DNA of 64,000 nucleotides from Escherichia coli (GTDB lineage Bacteria; Pseudomonadota; Gammaproteobacteria; Enterobacterales; Enterobacteriaceae): NCBI RefSeq assembly GCF_030013595.1, contig NZ_CP122768.1; one strand, 5' to 3'. Shown piece by piece: positions 12,305 to 25,336 of this stretch (position 1 is its first letter; each line of letters starts with the position of its first letter). The notes under the pieces were generated by a model. It saw only the letters and a program-made list of their open reading frames with translations, ran no database searches and was not told where the DNA came from. The position numbers and the translations under genes were made by a program.

Positions 12305-14449
12305 TTACTGCTGCTGTGCAGACTGAATCGCAGTCAGCGCGATGGTGTAGACGATATCGTCAACCAGTGCGCCACGGGACAGGTCGTTAACCGGCTTGCG
12401 CATACCCTGCAGCATCGGCCCGATGGAGATCAGGTCGGCAGAACGCTGTACCGCTTTGTAGGTGGTGTTACCGGTGTTCAGATCCGGGAAGATGAACACG
12501 GTAGCGCGACCTGCAACCGGAGAGTTCGGCGCTTTGGATTTCGCAACGTCAGCCATTACCGCAGCGTCGTACTGCAGCGGACCGTCGATCATCAGGTCAG
12601 GACGTTTTTCCTGCGCCAGACGAGTTGCTTCGCGAACTTTTTCTACGTCGCTACCAGCACCAGAAGTACCGGTGGAGTAGGAGAGCATAGCAACGCGCGG
12701 TTCGATACCGAAGGCCGCAGCGGAATCAGCGGACTGAATCGCGATTTCTGCCAGCTGTTCTGCGGTCGGATCCGGGTTGATCGCACAGTCACCGTAAACG
12801 TAAACCTGTTCCGGCAGCAGCATGAAGAACACGGAAGATACCAGGGAGCTGCCCGGAGCCGTTTTGATCAGCTGCAGCGGCGGACGGATGGTGTTTGCGG
12901 TAGTGTGAACAGCACCGGAAACCAGACCATCAACTTCATCCTGTTCCAGCATCAGCGTACCGAGAACCACGTTATCTTCCAGCTGTTCGCGGGCAACGGT
13001 TTCGGTCATGCCTTTGTTCTTACGCAGTTCGACCAGACGACCAACATAGCTTTCGCGAACCACTTCTGGATCAACGATTTCAATGCCTGCACCCAGTTCT
13101 ACACCCTGAGACGCTGCAACACGGTTGATCTCTGCCGGATTACCCAGCAGTACGCAAGTTGCGATACCACGTTCAGCACAGATAGCGGCTGCTTTAACGG
13201 TACGCGGTTCGTCACCTTCCGGCAGAACGATACGTTTGCCCGCTTTGCGCGCAAGTTCAGTCAGCTGATAACGGAACGCTGGCGGAGACAGACGACGGCT
13301 GCGCTCAGAAGTGGCAGTCAGAGAATCGATCCAGTCAGCGTTGATGTAGTTAGCAACGTATTCCTGAACTTTCTCGATACGCTCGTGATCGTCAACCGGA
13401 ACTTCCAGGTTGAAGCTCTGCAGGCTCAGAGAAGTCTGCCAGGTGTTGGTGTTCACCATAAATACCGGCAGGCCGGTAGCGAAAGCACGTTCGCACAGTT
13501 TAGAAATGCGCGCGTCCATTTCGTAGCCGCCAGTCAGCAGCAGGGCACCGATTTCTACGCCGTTCATGGCAGCCAGGCAAGCGGCAACCAGCACGTCAGG
13601 GCGGTCTGCGGAAGTCACCAGCAGAGAACCGGCACGGAAGTGCTCCAGCATGTGCGGAATGCTGCGTGCGCAGAAAGTGACGGATTTAACGCGGCGAGTA
13701 TTGATGTCGCCTTCGTTGATGATGGTCGCATTCAGGTGGCGAGCCATATCGATCGCACGAGTCGCGATCAGGTCAAAGCTCCACGGCACAGCGCCGAGAA
13801 CCGGCAGCGGGCTGGATTCTTGCAGCTTCGCCGGATCAACATTGTTTACTTTAGCTTTGGAAGAGTCGTCGAAAATCTCGGACAGATCCGGGCGAGTACG
13901 ACCCTGTTCATCAACCGGTGCGTTCAGTTTGTTAACGATAACGCCGGTGATGTTGGTGTTTTTGGCACCGCCGAAGCTGTTGCGGGTCAGTTCGATACGC
14001 TCTTTCAGCTGTTCCGGGGTGTCAGTGCCCTGAGACATAACGAAGACGATTTCCGCATTCAGCGTTTTAGCGATTTCGTAGTTCAGAGACTGGGCAAACT
14101 GGTGCTTACGTGTCGGGACCAGACCTTCAACCAGAACGACTTCAGCGTCTTTGGTGTTAGCGTGGTAGTTTGCGACGATCTCTTCCATCAGCACATCTTT
14201 CTGATTGCTGGAAAGCAGACCTTCAACGTAGCTCATTTTCAGCGGTTCAGCGGCCGTCGTGGTGGAAGAGTTCGCACGCACGATAGTCGTAGTCTGATCG
14301 GGCGCATCGCCACCGGTACGCGGCTGAGCGATAGGTTTGAAAACGCTCAGACGAACGCCTTTGCGTTCCATTGCACGGATCACGCCAAGGCTGACGCTGG
14401 TCAGACCGACGCTGGTTCCGGTAGGGATCAGCATAATAATACGGGACAC
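12305..14449 (-). CDS. pta: phosphate acetyltransferase (714 aa)
   Basis: ORF 12305..14449; full-length match to Pta, [31 protein letters not shown]...; ackA-pta synteny. Confidence 0.97.
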   Translation of the reverse strand: MSRIIMLIPTGTSVGLTSVSLGVIRAMERKGVRLSVFKPIAQPRTGGDAPDQTTTIVRANSSTTTAAEPLKMSYVEGLLSSNQKDVLMEEIVANYHANTKDAEVVLVEGLVPTRKHQFAQSLNYEIAKTLNAEIVFVMSQGTDTPEQLKERIELTRNSFGGAKNTNITGVIVNKLNAPVDEQGRTRPDLSEIFDDSSKAKVNNVDPAKLQESSPLPVLGAVPWSFDLIATRAIDMARHLNATIINEGDINTRRVKSVTFCARSIPHMLEHFRAGSLLVTSADRPDVLVAACLAAMNGVEIGALLLTGGYEMDARISKLCERAFATGLPVFMVNTNTWQTSLSLQSFNLEVPVDDHERIEKVQEYVANYINADWIDSLTATSERSRRLSPPAFRYQLTELARKAGKRIVLPEGDEPRTVKAAAICAERGIATCVLLGNPAEINRVAASQGVELGAGIEIVDPEVVRESYVGRLVELRKNKGMTETVAREQLEDNVVLGTLMLEQDEVDGLVSGAVHTTANTIRPPLQLIKTAPGSSLVSSVFFMLLPEQVYVYGDCAINPDPTAEQLAEIAIQSADSAAAFGIEPRVAMLSYSTGTSGAGSDVEKVREATRLAQEKRPDLMIDGPLQYDAAVMADVAKSKAPNSPVAGRATVFIFPDLNTGNTTYKAVQRSADLISIGPMLQGMRKPVNDLSRGALVDDIVYTIALTAIQSAQQQ

Positions 14450-14523
14450 GGTTTATCCTCTTTCGTTACCGCCGATTTGGCGGGTTACAAAACAGCACCG
14501 CCAGCTGAGCTGGCGGTGTGAAA

Positions 14524-15726
14524 TCAGGCAGTCAGGCGGCTCGCGTCTTGCGCGATAACCAGTTCTTCGTTGGTTGGGATAACCACCGCAGGACGGGTAC
14601 CTTCTTTGTTGATGAAACCAGATTTGCCGAAACGTGCAGCCAGGTTGCGTTCATGATCAACTTCAAAGCCCAGCACGCCCAGTTTGCCCAGAGACAGTTC
14701 ACGAACCATCGCGGCATTTTCACCGATACCACCGGTGAAAACAACAGCGTCCAGACGACCATCCATCAGCGCAGTGTAGGCACCGATGTATTTCGCCAGG
14801 CGGTGGCAGTAAACGTCCATTGCGCGCTTCGCGTCTTCTTTCGTCGCGTAGTTGTCTTCAACATAGCGGCAGTCGCTGGTCACTTCGGTCAGACCCAGCA
14901 GGCCAGACTCTTTGGTCAGCAGTTTGTTGATTGCGTCAACGCTCATGCCCAGGGTGTCGTGCAGGTGGAAGATGATCGCCGGATCGATATCACCAGAACG
15001 GGTACCCATGACCAGACCTTCCAGCGGGGTCAGGCCCATAGAGGTGTCAACGCATTTACCGTTGCGGATAGCAGAAACGGAACCACCGTTGCCCAGGTGG
15101 CAGGTGATGATGTTCAGTTCTTCTACCGGTTTGTTCAGCATTTTTGCCGCTTCCTGGGTTACATAGAAGTGGCTGGTGCCGTGCGCGCCGTAACGACGGA
15201 TGCCGTGCTCTTTGTACAGGTTGTACGGCAGGGCGTAGAGGTAAGACTCTTCCGGCATAGTCTGGTGGAACGCGGTGTCAAATACAGCAACGTTTTTGTC
15301 TTTCAGCTGTGGGAAAGATTTCAGAGCTTCTTCGATACCGATCAGGTGAGCCGGGTTGTGCAGCGGTGCAAAAGAAGCTGCATCTTTGATACCCTGAATA
15401 ACAGACTCATCGATCACTACGGAGCTGGTATACTTTTCGCCGCCGTGTACGATACGGTGACCGATAGCAGTCAGCTGCGCAGACAGTTCTGGTTTTTGTG
15501 CCAGAATAGTATTAACGATAAAGTTGAGCGCTTCGCTGTGAGCGGCGCCTGCACCTAAAGCCGCTTCCTGTTTATTGCCGTCCATTTTCCATTTGATACG
15601 TGCTTCGGGCAGGTGGAAACATTCGGCTAAACCAGAAAGGTACTCTTCACCATTTACTGCATCGATGATGGCAAATTTCAGTGAAGAACTACCGCAGTTC
15701 AGAACCAGTACTAACTTACTCGACAT
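14524..15726 (-). CDS. ackA: acetate kinase (400 aa)
   Basis: ORF 14524..15726; [23 protein letters not shown]... recognised as AckA. Confidence 0.97.
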   Translation of the reverse strand: MSSKLVLVLNCGSSSLKFAIIDAVNGEEYLSGLAECFHLPEARIKWKMDGNKQEAALGAGAAHSEALNFIVNTILAQKPELSAQLTAIGHRIVHGGEKYTSSVVIDESVIQGIKDAASFAPLHNPAHLIGIEEALKSFPQLKDKNVAVFDTAFHQTMPEESYLYALPYNLYKEHGIRRYGAHGTSHFYVTQEAAKMLNKPVEELNIITCHLGNGGSVSAIRNGKCVDTSMGLTPLEGLVMGTRSGDIDPAIIFHLHDTLGMSVDAINKLLTKESGLLGLTEVTSDCRYVEDNYATKEDAKRAMDVYCHRLAKYIGAYTALMDGRLDAVVFTGGIGENAAMVRELSLGKLGVLGFEVDHERNLAARFGKSGFINKEGTRPAVVIPTNEELVIAQDASRLTA

Positions 15727-16063
15727 GGAAGTACCTATAATTGATACGTGGCTAAAAAAACGTCAGGGAGCCATAGAGCGTAGCGCATGATGACACCGAC
15801 ATTTATGATTAACATCATGCACTGCAAATTTTTTTTGCATGATGGAAGAAATATCTTGAGTCTATGCCATTTTGCGTAATTTTCAGCCAATGGCATAATG
15901 TATATGAATTTGACGACTCAATGAATATGTACTACTTAGGCCTTCAGGCTGCTAAAGGATACCTGATAGTGGGTATGGAAGACAAAATGTTTTGAACGTT
16001 GTCCCGCTGAGTTGTGAATTTGCACAAATTTTTGAATCTTTATATGTGAAGTTGAGGTGAAGC

Positions 16064-16519
16064 ATGTCAACGCCGGATAATCGTTCTGTTAATTTTTTTA
16101 GCTTGTTTCGCCGGGGACAGCATTACTCAAAGACGTGGCCGCTGGAAAAACGCCTTGCCCCGGTCTTTGTCGAAAATCGCGTTATCAAGATGACGCGTTA
16201 TGCGATCCGTTTTATGCCGCCGATCGCCGTATTTACTCTCTGCTGGCAGATTGCCCTGGGCGGTCAGCTTGGGCCGGCAGTTGCCACTGCGCTGTTCGCC
16301 TTAAGTTTACCCATGCAGGGATTGTGGTGGCTGGGCAAGCGTTCTGTAACGCCATTACCCCCTGCAATCCTTAACTGGTTTTATGAAGTTCGCGGTAAAT
16401 TGCAGGAGTCTGGACAGGTGTTGGCACCCGTTGAAGGCAAGCCTGATTACCAGGCATTAGCTGACACGCTTAAGCGCGCCTTCAAACAACTGGATAAAAC
16501 TTTCCTTGATGATTTGTAA
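16064..16519 (+). CDS. yfbV: UPF0208 inner-membrane protein YfbV (151 aa)
   Basis: ORF 16064..16519; divergent from ackA as in E. coli. Confidence 0.88.
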
Positions 16520-17095
<576 letters not shown>

Positions 17096-17105
17096 GGAGG
17101 CCCGC

Positions 17106-17756
17106 GTGCGGTGCAAAGGTTTTCTGTTTGATCTTGATGGAACGCTGGTGGATTCCCTGCCTGCAGTAGAACGGGCGTGGAGCAACTGGGCCAGACGTCA
17201 TGGGTTAGCGCCGGAAGAGGTGCTGGCTTTTATTCACGGTAAACAGGCGATCACCTCTCTGCGCCATTTTATGGCGGGCAAATCCGAGGCTGATATTGCC
17301 GCCGAGTTTACGCGTCTGGAGCAAATCGAGGCCACGGAAACCGAGGGTATTACCGCGCTTCCGGGGGCAATCGCCTTACTCAATCATTTGAATAAAGCAG
17401 GTATTCCGTGGGCCATTGTGACTTCTGGCTCCATGCCGGTAGCGCGAGCGCGCCATAAAGTAGCTGGGCTTCCCGCACCAGAGGTGTTTGTAACCGCTGA
17501 GCGAGTGAAGCGCGGAAAACCAGAACCTGATGCGTATCTGTTAGGCGCGCAGCTGCTTGGGCTTGCGCCGCAGGAGTGTGTGGTGGTGGAAGATGCTCCC
17601 GCTGGCGTGCTTTCTGGCCTGGCGGCGGGTTGTCATGTCATTGCGGTTAACGCTCCGGCAGATACCCCGCGCCTGAATGAGGTCGATTTGGTCCTCCACA
17701 GTCTGGAGCAAATTACTGTGACCAAACAGCCAAATGGCGATGTTATTATTCAGTGA
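17106..17756 (+). CDS. hxpA: HAD-family sugar/hexitol phosphatase YfbT (216 aa, GTG start)
   Basis: ORF 17106..17756; HAD motif I FLFDLDGTLVDS. Confidence 0.88.
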   Translation: MRCKGFLFDLDGTLVDSLPAVERAWSNWARRHGLAPEEVLAFIHGKQAITSLRHFMAGKSEADIAAEFTRLEQIEATETEGITALPGAIALLNHLNKAGIPWAIVTSGSMPVARARHKVAGLPAPEVFVTAERVKRGKPEPDAYLLGAQLLGLAPQECVVVEDAPAGVLSGLAAGCHVIAVNAPADTPRLNEVDLVLHSLEQITVTKQPNGDVIIQ

Positions 17757-17774
17757 AACACCTGATCATGATTT

Positions 17775-17799
17775 AGCCCCGTCTCGTCGGGGCTTTTTT
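17775..17799 (+). terminator. rho-independent terminator after yfbT
   Basis: AGCCCCG-TCTCGT-CGGGGCT followed by TTTTTT. Confidence 0.7.
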
Positions 17800-17842
17800 A
17801 TGGCAGAATCAAGTCATCCCCCTCAATTAACAAGGATAAGTT

Positions 17843-19675
17843 GTGAACGGTGAATTGATTTGGGTTCTTTCATTACTGGCCGTTGCCATCGTCTTGTTTG
17901 CGACGGGCAGAGTGCGTATGGATGCGGTCGCTTTGTTTGTTATTGTCGCGTTTGCATTAAGCGGAACGCTGACGGTCCCCGAAGTATTTTCCGGCTTTTC
18001 CGATCCTAACGTTGTCCTGATTGCCGCCTTGTTCATTATTGGCGATGGTTTGGTCCGTACCGGTGTTGCCACTGTAATGGGGACATGGCTGGTCAAAGTG
18101 GCGGGCAACAGTGAAATCAAAATGTTGGTTTTGTTGATGCTGACCGTCGCGGGGCTTGGCGCGTTTATGAGTTCAACCGGCGTTGTCGCTATCTTTATTC
18201 CTGTGGTGTTAAGCGTTGCCATGCGTATGCAAACGTCGCCGTCGCGCCTGATGATGCCGTTAAGTTTTGCCGGGCTGATAAGCGGCATGATGACGCTGGT
18301 GGCGACGCCGCCGAACCTGGTAGTCAACAGTGAATTGCTGCGTGAAGGCTATCATGGTTTTAGTTTCTTTAGCGTAACACCTATTGGCCTGGTCGTGCTG
18401 GTGCTGGGTATTTTGTATATGTTAGTGATGCGTTTCATGCTGAAAGGGGATACCCAGACCCCGCAGCGCGAAGGCTGGACGCGTCGAACCTTTCGCGATC
18501 TTATCCGTGAATATCGACTGACCGGGCGTGCGCGACGTCTGGCTATTCGCCCCGGATCGCCAATGATTGGTCAACGGCTGGACGATCTCAAATTACGTGA
18601 GCGTTATGGCGCTAACGTCATCGGTGTTGAACGCTGGCGGCGTTTTCGTCGCGTTATCGTGAATGTTAACGGGGTTTCTGAATTTCGCGCGCGTGACGTT
18701 TTGCTTATTGATATGTCTGCGGCTGATGTCGATCTCCGGCAATTTTGTAGTGAGCAGTTGCTGGAGCCGATGGTACTACGCGGCGAGTATTTTTCTGACC
18801 AGGCACTTGATGTGGGCATGGCAGAGATTTCATTAATTCCTGAGTCTGAACTGATTGGTAAATCGGTGCGCGAAATTGGTTTTCGTACCCGCTACGGACT
18901 GAATGTGGTGGGGCTAAAGCGCAATGGCGAGGCGCTGGAAGGTTCGCTGGCGGATGAGCCTCTGCTGCTGGGCGATATCATCCTGGTTGTGGGTAACTGG
19001 AAACTGATCGGTATGCTGGCCAAACAGGGCCGCGACTTCGTAGCGCTGAACTTACCGGAGGAGGTGAGTGAAGCATCGCCCGCGCACAGCCAGGCACCCC
19101 ATGCGATTTTCTGTCTGGTGCTAATGGTGGCGTTAATGCTGACCGATGAAATTCCTAATCCGGTTGCCGCTATCATCGCCTGCCTGCTGATGGGGAAATT
19201 CCGTTGTATCGATGCTGAAAGCGCCTATAAATCCATTCACTGGCCGAGCATTATTTTGATCGTTGGGATGATGCCGTTTGCTGTGGCATTACAGAAAACG
19301 GGAGGTGTCGCGCTGGCGGTGAAAGGGCTGATGGACATTGGCGGCGGTTACGGGCCACATATGATGCTGGGTTGTTTGTTTGTCTTGTCGGCGGTTATTG
19401 GGCTATTTATCTCTAATACCGCAACGGCGGTGTTGATGGCTCCGATTGCGCTGGCTGCTGCCAAAACGATGGGGGTGTCGCCTTATCCATTTGCGATGGT
19501 CGTGGCGATGGCAGCATCCGCCGCCTTTATGACGCCGGTTTCTTCACCTGTTAACACACTGGTTTTAGGTCCGGGAAATTACAGCTTCAGTGACTTTGTG
19601 AAGTTGGGGGTACCGTTCACCATTATCGTGATGGCGGTTTGTGTGGTGATGATCCCGATGCTGTTTCCGTTTTGA
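17843..19675 (+). CDS. yfbS: SLC13/DASS-family transporter with two central TrkA-C domains, YfbS (610 aa, GTG start)
   Basis: ORF 17843..19675; hydrophobic N- and C-terminal halves flanking a soluble central region. Confidence 0.88.
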   Translation: MNGELIWVLSLLAVAIVLFATGRVRMDAVALFVIVAFALSGTLTVPEVFSGFSDPNVVLIAALFIIGDGLVRTGVATVMGTWLVKVAGNSEIKMLVLLMLTVAGLGAFMSSTGVVAIFIPVVLSVAMRMQTSPSRLMMPLSFAGLISGMMTLVATPPNLVVNSELLREGYHGFSFFSVTPIGLVVLVLGILYMLVMRFMLKGDTQTPQREGWTRRTFRDLIREYRLTGRARRLAIRPGSPMIGQRLDDLKLRERYGANVIGVERWRRFRRVIVNVNGVSEFRARDVLLIDMSAADVDLRQFCSEQLLEPMVLRGEYFSDQALDVGMAEISLIPESELIGKSVREIGFRTRYGLNVVGLKRNGEALEGSLADEPLLLGDIILVVGNWKLIGMLAKQGRDFVALNLPEEVSEASPAHSQAPHAIFCLVLMVALMLTDEIPNPVAAIIACLLMGKFRCIDAESAYKSIHWPSIILIVGMMPFAVALQKTGGVALAVKGLMDIGGGYGPHMMLGCLFVLSAVIGLFISNTATAVLMAPIALAAAKTMGVSPYPFAMVVAMAASAAFMTPVSSPVNTLVLGPGNYSFSDFVKLGVPFTIIVMAVCVVMIPMLFPF

Positions 19676-19680
19676 CAAGA

Positions 19681-19725
19681 GCCTGATGTCGCATCCGGCG
19701 CTTATTGCCTGATGCGACGCAGACT
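19681..19725. repeat. REP-like palindromic element between convergent yfbS and yfbR
   Basis: GCCTGATGTCGCATCCGGCG...GCCTGATGCGACGC, typical REP-type sequence. Confidence 0.55.
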
Positions 19726-19733
19726 CCGGCTGC

Positions 19734-20333
19734 TTACAGCGGTGAATCCTGGCTAATCTCATCGAGCGAAAGATGGAAGCTGGGAACAAAGACTTCCATG
19801 AAGTAGTCCATCTCCTGGCTGCGGCGCGCTTCAAGCGTCGCTTCCAGTCGCGTTTTTGCCAGCAAGAATTCATTATTTCCCGCCGCGAGTTCTTCCAGAC
19901 ATTTCAGATATGCACACAGTGCATCTGCCTGTTTCACCAGCGATTTCTCTTCATCGCTATATGCATGCTCGTCAATTAACGGCGCAAAAATATCCTGCAG
20001 CTCTTCCGGAACCATATCGACCAGTTTTTGCTGAGCGATTTTTTCAATCGCCTTGTATTCCTGAGCGATTTGCGAATTGAAGTATTTCACCGGAGTAGGG
20101 AGATCGCCGGTGAGCACTTCTGAGGCATCGTGGTACATCGCCAGTAAAGCGATACGTTCGGCGTTGACATTACCGCCAAATTTCCGATTTTTGATAGCTG
20201 CCAGCGCATGGGCGACCATCGCTACCTGCAAACTGTGTTCGGACACATTTTCCGTCCGCACGTTGCGCATCAGCGGCCAGCGGTTAATGAGTTTCAGGCG
20301 GGAGAGATGGGCAAAAAAATGGCTCTGTTTCAT
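19734..20333 (-). CDS. yfbR: HD-domain 5'-deoxynucleotidase YfbR (199 aa)
   Basis: ORF 19734..20333; HD motif region ...[16 protein letters not shown]... Confidence 0.9.
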   Translation of the reverse strand: MKQSHFFAHLSRLKLINRWPLMRNVRTENVSEHSLQVAMVAHALAAIKNRKFGGNVNAERIALLAMYHDASEVLTGDLPTPVKYFNSQIAQEYKAIEKIAQQKLVDMVPEELQDIFAPLIDEHAYSDEEKSLVKQADALCAYLKCLEELAAGNNEFLLAKTRLEATLEARRSQEMDYFMEVFVPSFHLSLDEISQDSPL

Positions 20334-20416
20334 AGTGACCTTACGTATGATGACATCATCAGGTCATTGTGGCGGGATAACACTGCCGGATGCAATCTCC
20401 GGCAGTGAAATTAAGA

Positions 20417-21634
20417 TTACAGCTGATGATAACCAGAAAGGAAACGCGCGAACTTACTCAAAGACAGCTCGATATCATCGACACGCGGTAGCGTGACAAT
20501 GCGGAAGTGATCCGGCCACGGCCAGTTGAATGCCGTCCCTTGCACCAACAGAACTTTTTCCTGCAACAGGAAATCCAGCACCATTTTCTGATCGTCGTGA
20601 ATATTAAAGCGTTTGGCGTCGATTTTCGGGAACATGTACAGCGCACCACGCGGTTTCACGCAGGAAACGCCCGGAATATCATTGATCAATTCCCATGCGC
20701 GGTTACGCTGCTCATAAAGACGACCGCCAGGGGTAATAAATTCACTGATGCTCTGATAACCGCCCAGCGCGGTCTGAATGGCGTGTTGCGCAGGAACGTT
20801 AGCACACAGGCGCATTGAGGCCAGCATTTCCAGACCTTCGATGTAACCTTTGGCGTGTTTTTTCGGCCCGTTCAACACCATCCACCCCTGACGGAAGCCA
20901 GCAACGCGGTACGTTTTCGACAGTCCGTTAAAGGTAATAGTCAGCAGATCAGGTGCCAGCGGCGCAATTGAGTGATGCTCAGCGTCGTCGTAGAGAATTT
21001 TGTCATAAATTTCATCGGCGAAGATAATGAGATTATGCTGACGTGCAATCTCCACTATCTCCATTAAAAGCTCTTTGGAATATACCGCGCCAGTTGGGTT
21101 ATTTGGGTTGATAATAACGATCCCACGCGTACGAGGCGTAATTTTAGCGCGAATATCATCAAGGTCCGGGAACCAGTCAGAGGATTCATCGCAAAGATAA
21201 TGCACCGCTTTACCGCTGGAGAGCGAAACCGCCGCGGTCCATAGTGGGTAATCAGGTGCAGGAACCAACATTTCGTCGCCGCTGTTCAGCAATGCCTGCA
21301 TTGCCTGAACGATAAGCTCCGATACACCATTGCCGATGTAAATATCTTCCACGGTAACATCACGCATGCCACGAGCCTGGTAGTGCTGCATGATGGCTTT
21401 ACGCGCGGAGTAAAGCCCTTTGGAATCGCAATACCCTTGAGCGGTAGGCAGGTTGCGAATCACGTCAACGAGGATTTCATCTGGCGCGTCAAAACCGAAC
21501 GGGGCAGGGTTGCCGATGTTCAGTTTCAGTACCTTGTTACCTTCTTCTTCCAGGCGTTTTGCTTCTTTCAGCACCGGACCACGGATGTCGTAACAGACAT
21601 TCTCTAATTTGCTGGATTTTTCAATGGGGGACAT
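20417..21634 (-). CDS. alaA: glutamate-pyruvate (alanine) aminotransferase AlaA (405 aa)
   Basis: ORF 20417..21634; class I/II aminotransferase; lysine in ...NGLSKTYRVAG... is the likely PLP site. Confidence 0.92.
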   Translation of the reverse strand: MSPIEKSSKLENVCYDIRGPVLKEAKRLEEEGNKVLKLNIGNPAPFGFDAPDEILVDVIRNLPTAQGYCDSKGLYSARKAIMQHYQARGMRDVTVEDIYIGNGVSELIVQAMQALLNSGDEMLVPAPDYPLWTAAVSLSSGKAVHYLCDESSDWFPDLDDIRAKITPRTRGIVIINPNNPTGAVYSKELLMEIVEIARQHNLIIFADEIYDKILYDDAEHHSIAPLAPDLLTITFNGLSKTYRVAGFRQGWMVLNGPKKHAKGYIEGLEMLASMRLCANVPAQHAIQTALGGYQSISEFITPGGRLYEQRNRAWELINDIPGVSCVKPRGALYMFPKIDAKRFNIHDDQKMVLDFLLQEKVLLVQGTAFNWPWPDHFRIVTLPRVDDIELSLSKFARFLSGYHQL

Positions 21635-22550
21635 GAATCTTGACCTTTTTTGCTGTTATCGCCACTCCCTGCCGTGGAAGTCAGCTTAGAACAATGTACT
21701 CCCCCAGGACGGCGTTTTGAAGGTCTGCAGAATAAGATTTTGCCAGAGGGGAAGACTCGATTGTGCTGTTAATAACTTAATAATGGCAAAATAATGAGGT
21801 ATATATGCTTAGTAATTAATGTTATGTAGTGAATTGTTCTGATTCTTAATTGTGAGTGTGGTTTTTTTATCTGTAAGATAATTGTTTGAAAATGCCTCGT
21901 TTAAGAATTCACTAATGAATCGTGATGATGATATTTCCGCATTACGGAGAGTTTAACAGCGTGATGATTTCCGAGGTGTCGTAATGGGTGCAAGGTGTGA
22001 AACTATTGTTAAGCGGGATTAATGAATGAGGATGATGCTAATTAATTATTATTTAATATTCAAAAAGGTTTTGTTGTGCTTATTAATAATAGAAGATTAC
22101 TTTGCCTAACATAACATAACTTTGCATCAGATAATTCGCAATGACCCTTATAAATAAAAGGTTTTTGGGGTAAAATGCTCGCATAAATGACGGATCCCTG
22201 CTCTTGATGCCGCCTCACCATTGCTGTTTGTACGTGTTCGCGTATGACCAGCGATGCTGCACGAGAGTGGAACAAGGACTCACATTTACATTTATACAAA
22301 CACGCGCATGTCATAAATACAAAAGAGTGAGTAACTTAATAGATATGCGATTCCTGAAGATATATTCTGTGATCTACTTCAGGCATTATAACGGAACAAT
22401 GTGAGTCGCTTTTTTAGTGCAACTCATATGCATTTTTACTTTCGTCCGGGTTCCGGATGAAACTGCCAGGGAGGCACATTACAAATGGAATTGCTTGTTT
22501 GTGTGTGCACAGCATTAACCAGCTCAGTATGAGCCGCCAGTAAGTGATAA

Positions 22551-23492
<942 letters not shown>

Positions 23493-23535
23493 TCGACGGA
23501 CGATAGATAATTCCTGGAACAATAGTGTAAAAACG

Positions 23536-23574
23536 AGCCGCTGGAGGGATTTTAAACCCCAGCGGCTTTTTTTT
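23536..23574 (+). terminator. rho-independent terminator after lrhA
   Basis: GCCGCTGG...CCAGCGGC stem followed by TTTTTTTT. Confidence 0.75.
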
Positions 23575-24121
23575 AGTAAAAAGCCTTCCTCGTATCGTGC
23601 AGAACGCACAAAACTGTTCATTTTTCAATCACCAGAGATTCACGTCCTGAACGCACAAATAATCGCCTGAAAAAAATCACCTGCTACAATGATGTTAAAA
23701 AATACGTAAATTTGTTGCTGCGTTTTTGTTATGGAATGACAAAAGCGTGTCACAGATCAAGAAAATACTCTCTTTTGGGGGGAGGAATCGACACAAATTC
23801 CTGTCAAAATAGACCCGTATTTTTTCCATTGCTTCACAACGGACACGATTCAACAACATCTAATTATCCTGGAGTCGTCAAGGATCTGGGGTGAAAGGGC
23901 ATTAAATGCTAATGGTGTTGATATTATGTAAACTAATGTGAAGAAACTTTTGTTAAAGTTGACAAAAGGTTATAGAAAGGAGTAAAAGACCACATCAATT
24001 AGCTGTATAAAAGAATTTCTACAGTGATTGTAAGGTTTTTTTTATTCCTCCCCATGAATCGATGTGGCGTCCATCTGCCGTGAAGAGCAGTGAATCTGGC
24101 GCTACTTTTGATGAGTAAGCA

Positions 24122-24565
24122 ATGAGTATGTCAACATCCACTGAAGTCATCGCTCATCACTGGGCATTCGCTATCTTTCTTATCGTTGCCATTGGCCTGT
24201 GTTGCCTGATGCTGGTAGGCGGTTGGTTTTTAGGCGGTCGCGCACGCGCAAGGTCGAAAAACGTTCCGTTTGAATCCGGTATCGACTCGGTCGGCTCCGC
24301 CCGCTTACGCCTGTCCGCCAAGTTTTATCTGGTGGCCATGTTCTTCGTTATCTTCGACGTTGAAGCGCTGTATCTGTTCGCATGGTCAACCTCTATCCGC
24401 GAAAGCGGCTGGGTAGGCTTTGTGGAAGCTGCAATTTTTATTTTTGTGTTACTGGCAGGTCTGGTTTATCTGGTGCGTATTGGCGCGCTGGACTGGACGC
24501 CCGCGCGTTCACGCCGCGAGCGTATGAACCCGGAAACGAACAGTATCGCTAATCGTCAACGCTAA
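24122..24565 (+). CDS. nuoA: NADH-quinone oxidoreductase subunit A (147 aa)
   Basis: ORF 24122..24565; first gene of the nuo operon. Confidence 0.95.
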
Positions 24566-24580
24566 CCGCGAGGCATTAAG

Positions 24581-25243
24581 ATGGATTATACGCTCACCCG
24601 CATAGATCCCAACGGTGAGAACGACCGTTACCCCCTGCAAAAGCAGGAGATCGTAACCGACCCTCTGGAGCAAGAAGTTAACAAAAACGTGTTTATGGGC
24701 AAGCTCAATGACATGGTTAACTGGGGTCGTAAAAACTCAATTTGGCCGTATAACTTCGGTCTTTCCTGCTGTTACGTTGAGATGGTGACTTCGTTTACCG
24801 CGGTGCATGACGTGGCGCGTTTTGGCGCAGAAGTATTGCGTGCTTCGCCGCGTCAGGCTGACCTGATGGTCGTTGCAGGAACCTGCTTTACCAAAATGGC
24901 ACCGGTTATTCAGCGTCTGTATGACCAGATGTTGGAACCAAAATGGGTTATCTCAATGGGTGCCTGTGCCAACTCCGGCGGTATGTACGATATTTATTCC
25001 GTTGTGCAGGGCGTCGATAAATTCATCCCGGTTGATGTGTATATCCCGGGCTGCCCGCCGCGTCCTGAAGCGTACATGCAGGCACTGATGCTGTTGCAGG
25101 AATCTATCGGCAAAGAACGTCGTCCGCTCTCCTGGGTGGTTGGCGATCAGGGCGTTTATCGCGCCAATATGCAATCAGAGCGCGAACGCAAGCGCGGTGA
25201 ACGCATTGCCGTAACCAACCTGCGTACACCTGACGAGATTTAA
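24581..25243 (+). CDS. nuoB: NADH-quinone oxidoreductase subunit B (220 aa)
   Basis: ORF 24581..25243; conserved cysteines of the N2 Fe-S cluster (CCYVEM, GxC, GCPP). Confidence 0.95.
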
Positions 25244-25336
25244 TTTGCGCCTGTCGGCAAAGGGATTTTTCTTCGCTTATTCCTAAATCTATTTCGCGAA
25301 GCTTACTGCGCCGACAGTCACCACGGACCATTTGCA

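Noticed and set aside
12251-14521. 756-aa ORF on the plus strand antisense to pta
   Set aside because: Entirely inside the well-supported pta gene on the opposite strand; the translation is low-complexity and rich in R/Q/T/V with no recognisable domain. Long antisense ORFs are a common artefact of GC-rich, codon-biased genes.
14518-15558. 346-aa ORF on the plus strand antisense to ackA
   Set aside because: Same reasoning: shadow ORF opposite a highly expressed, strongly codon-biased gene.
20381-20407. Hairpin CACTGCCGGATGCAATCTCCGGCAGTG downstream of alaA as a terminator
   Set aside because: Stable inverted repeat but not followed by a T-tract on the alaA (minus) strand; possibly a REP-type or rho-dependent element, too uncertain to call.
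22060-22404. Short ORFs (84 aa, 66 aa) in the alaA-lrhA spacer
   Set aside because: AT-rich sequence with stop-poor frames by chance; no ribosome-binding sites; composition unlike coding DNA. The region is kept as a finding only as a possible regulatory or sRNA locus.
23712-23894. 60-aa ORF in the lrhA-nuoA intergenic region
   Set aside because: Lies in the known multi-promoter nuo control region; no ribosome-binding site or coding signal.
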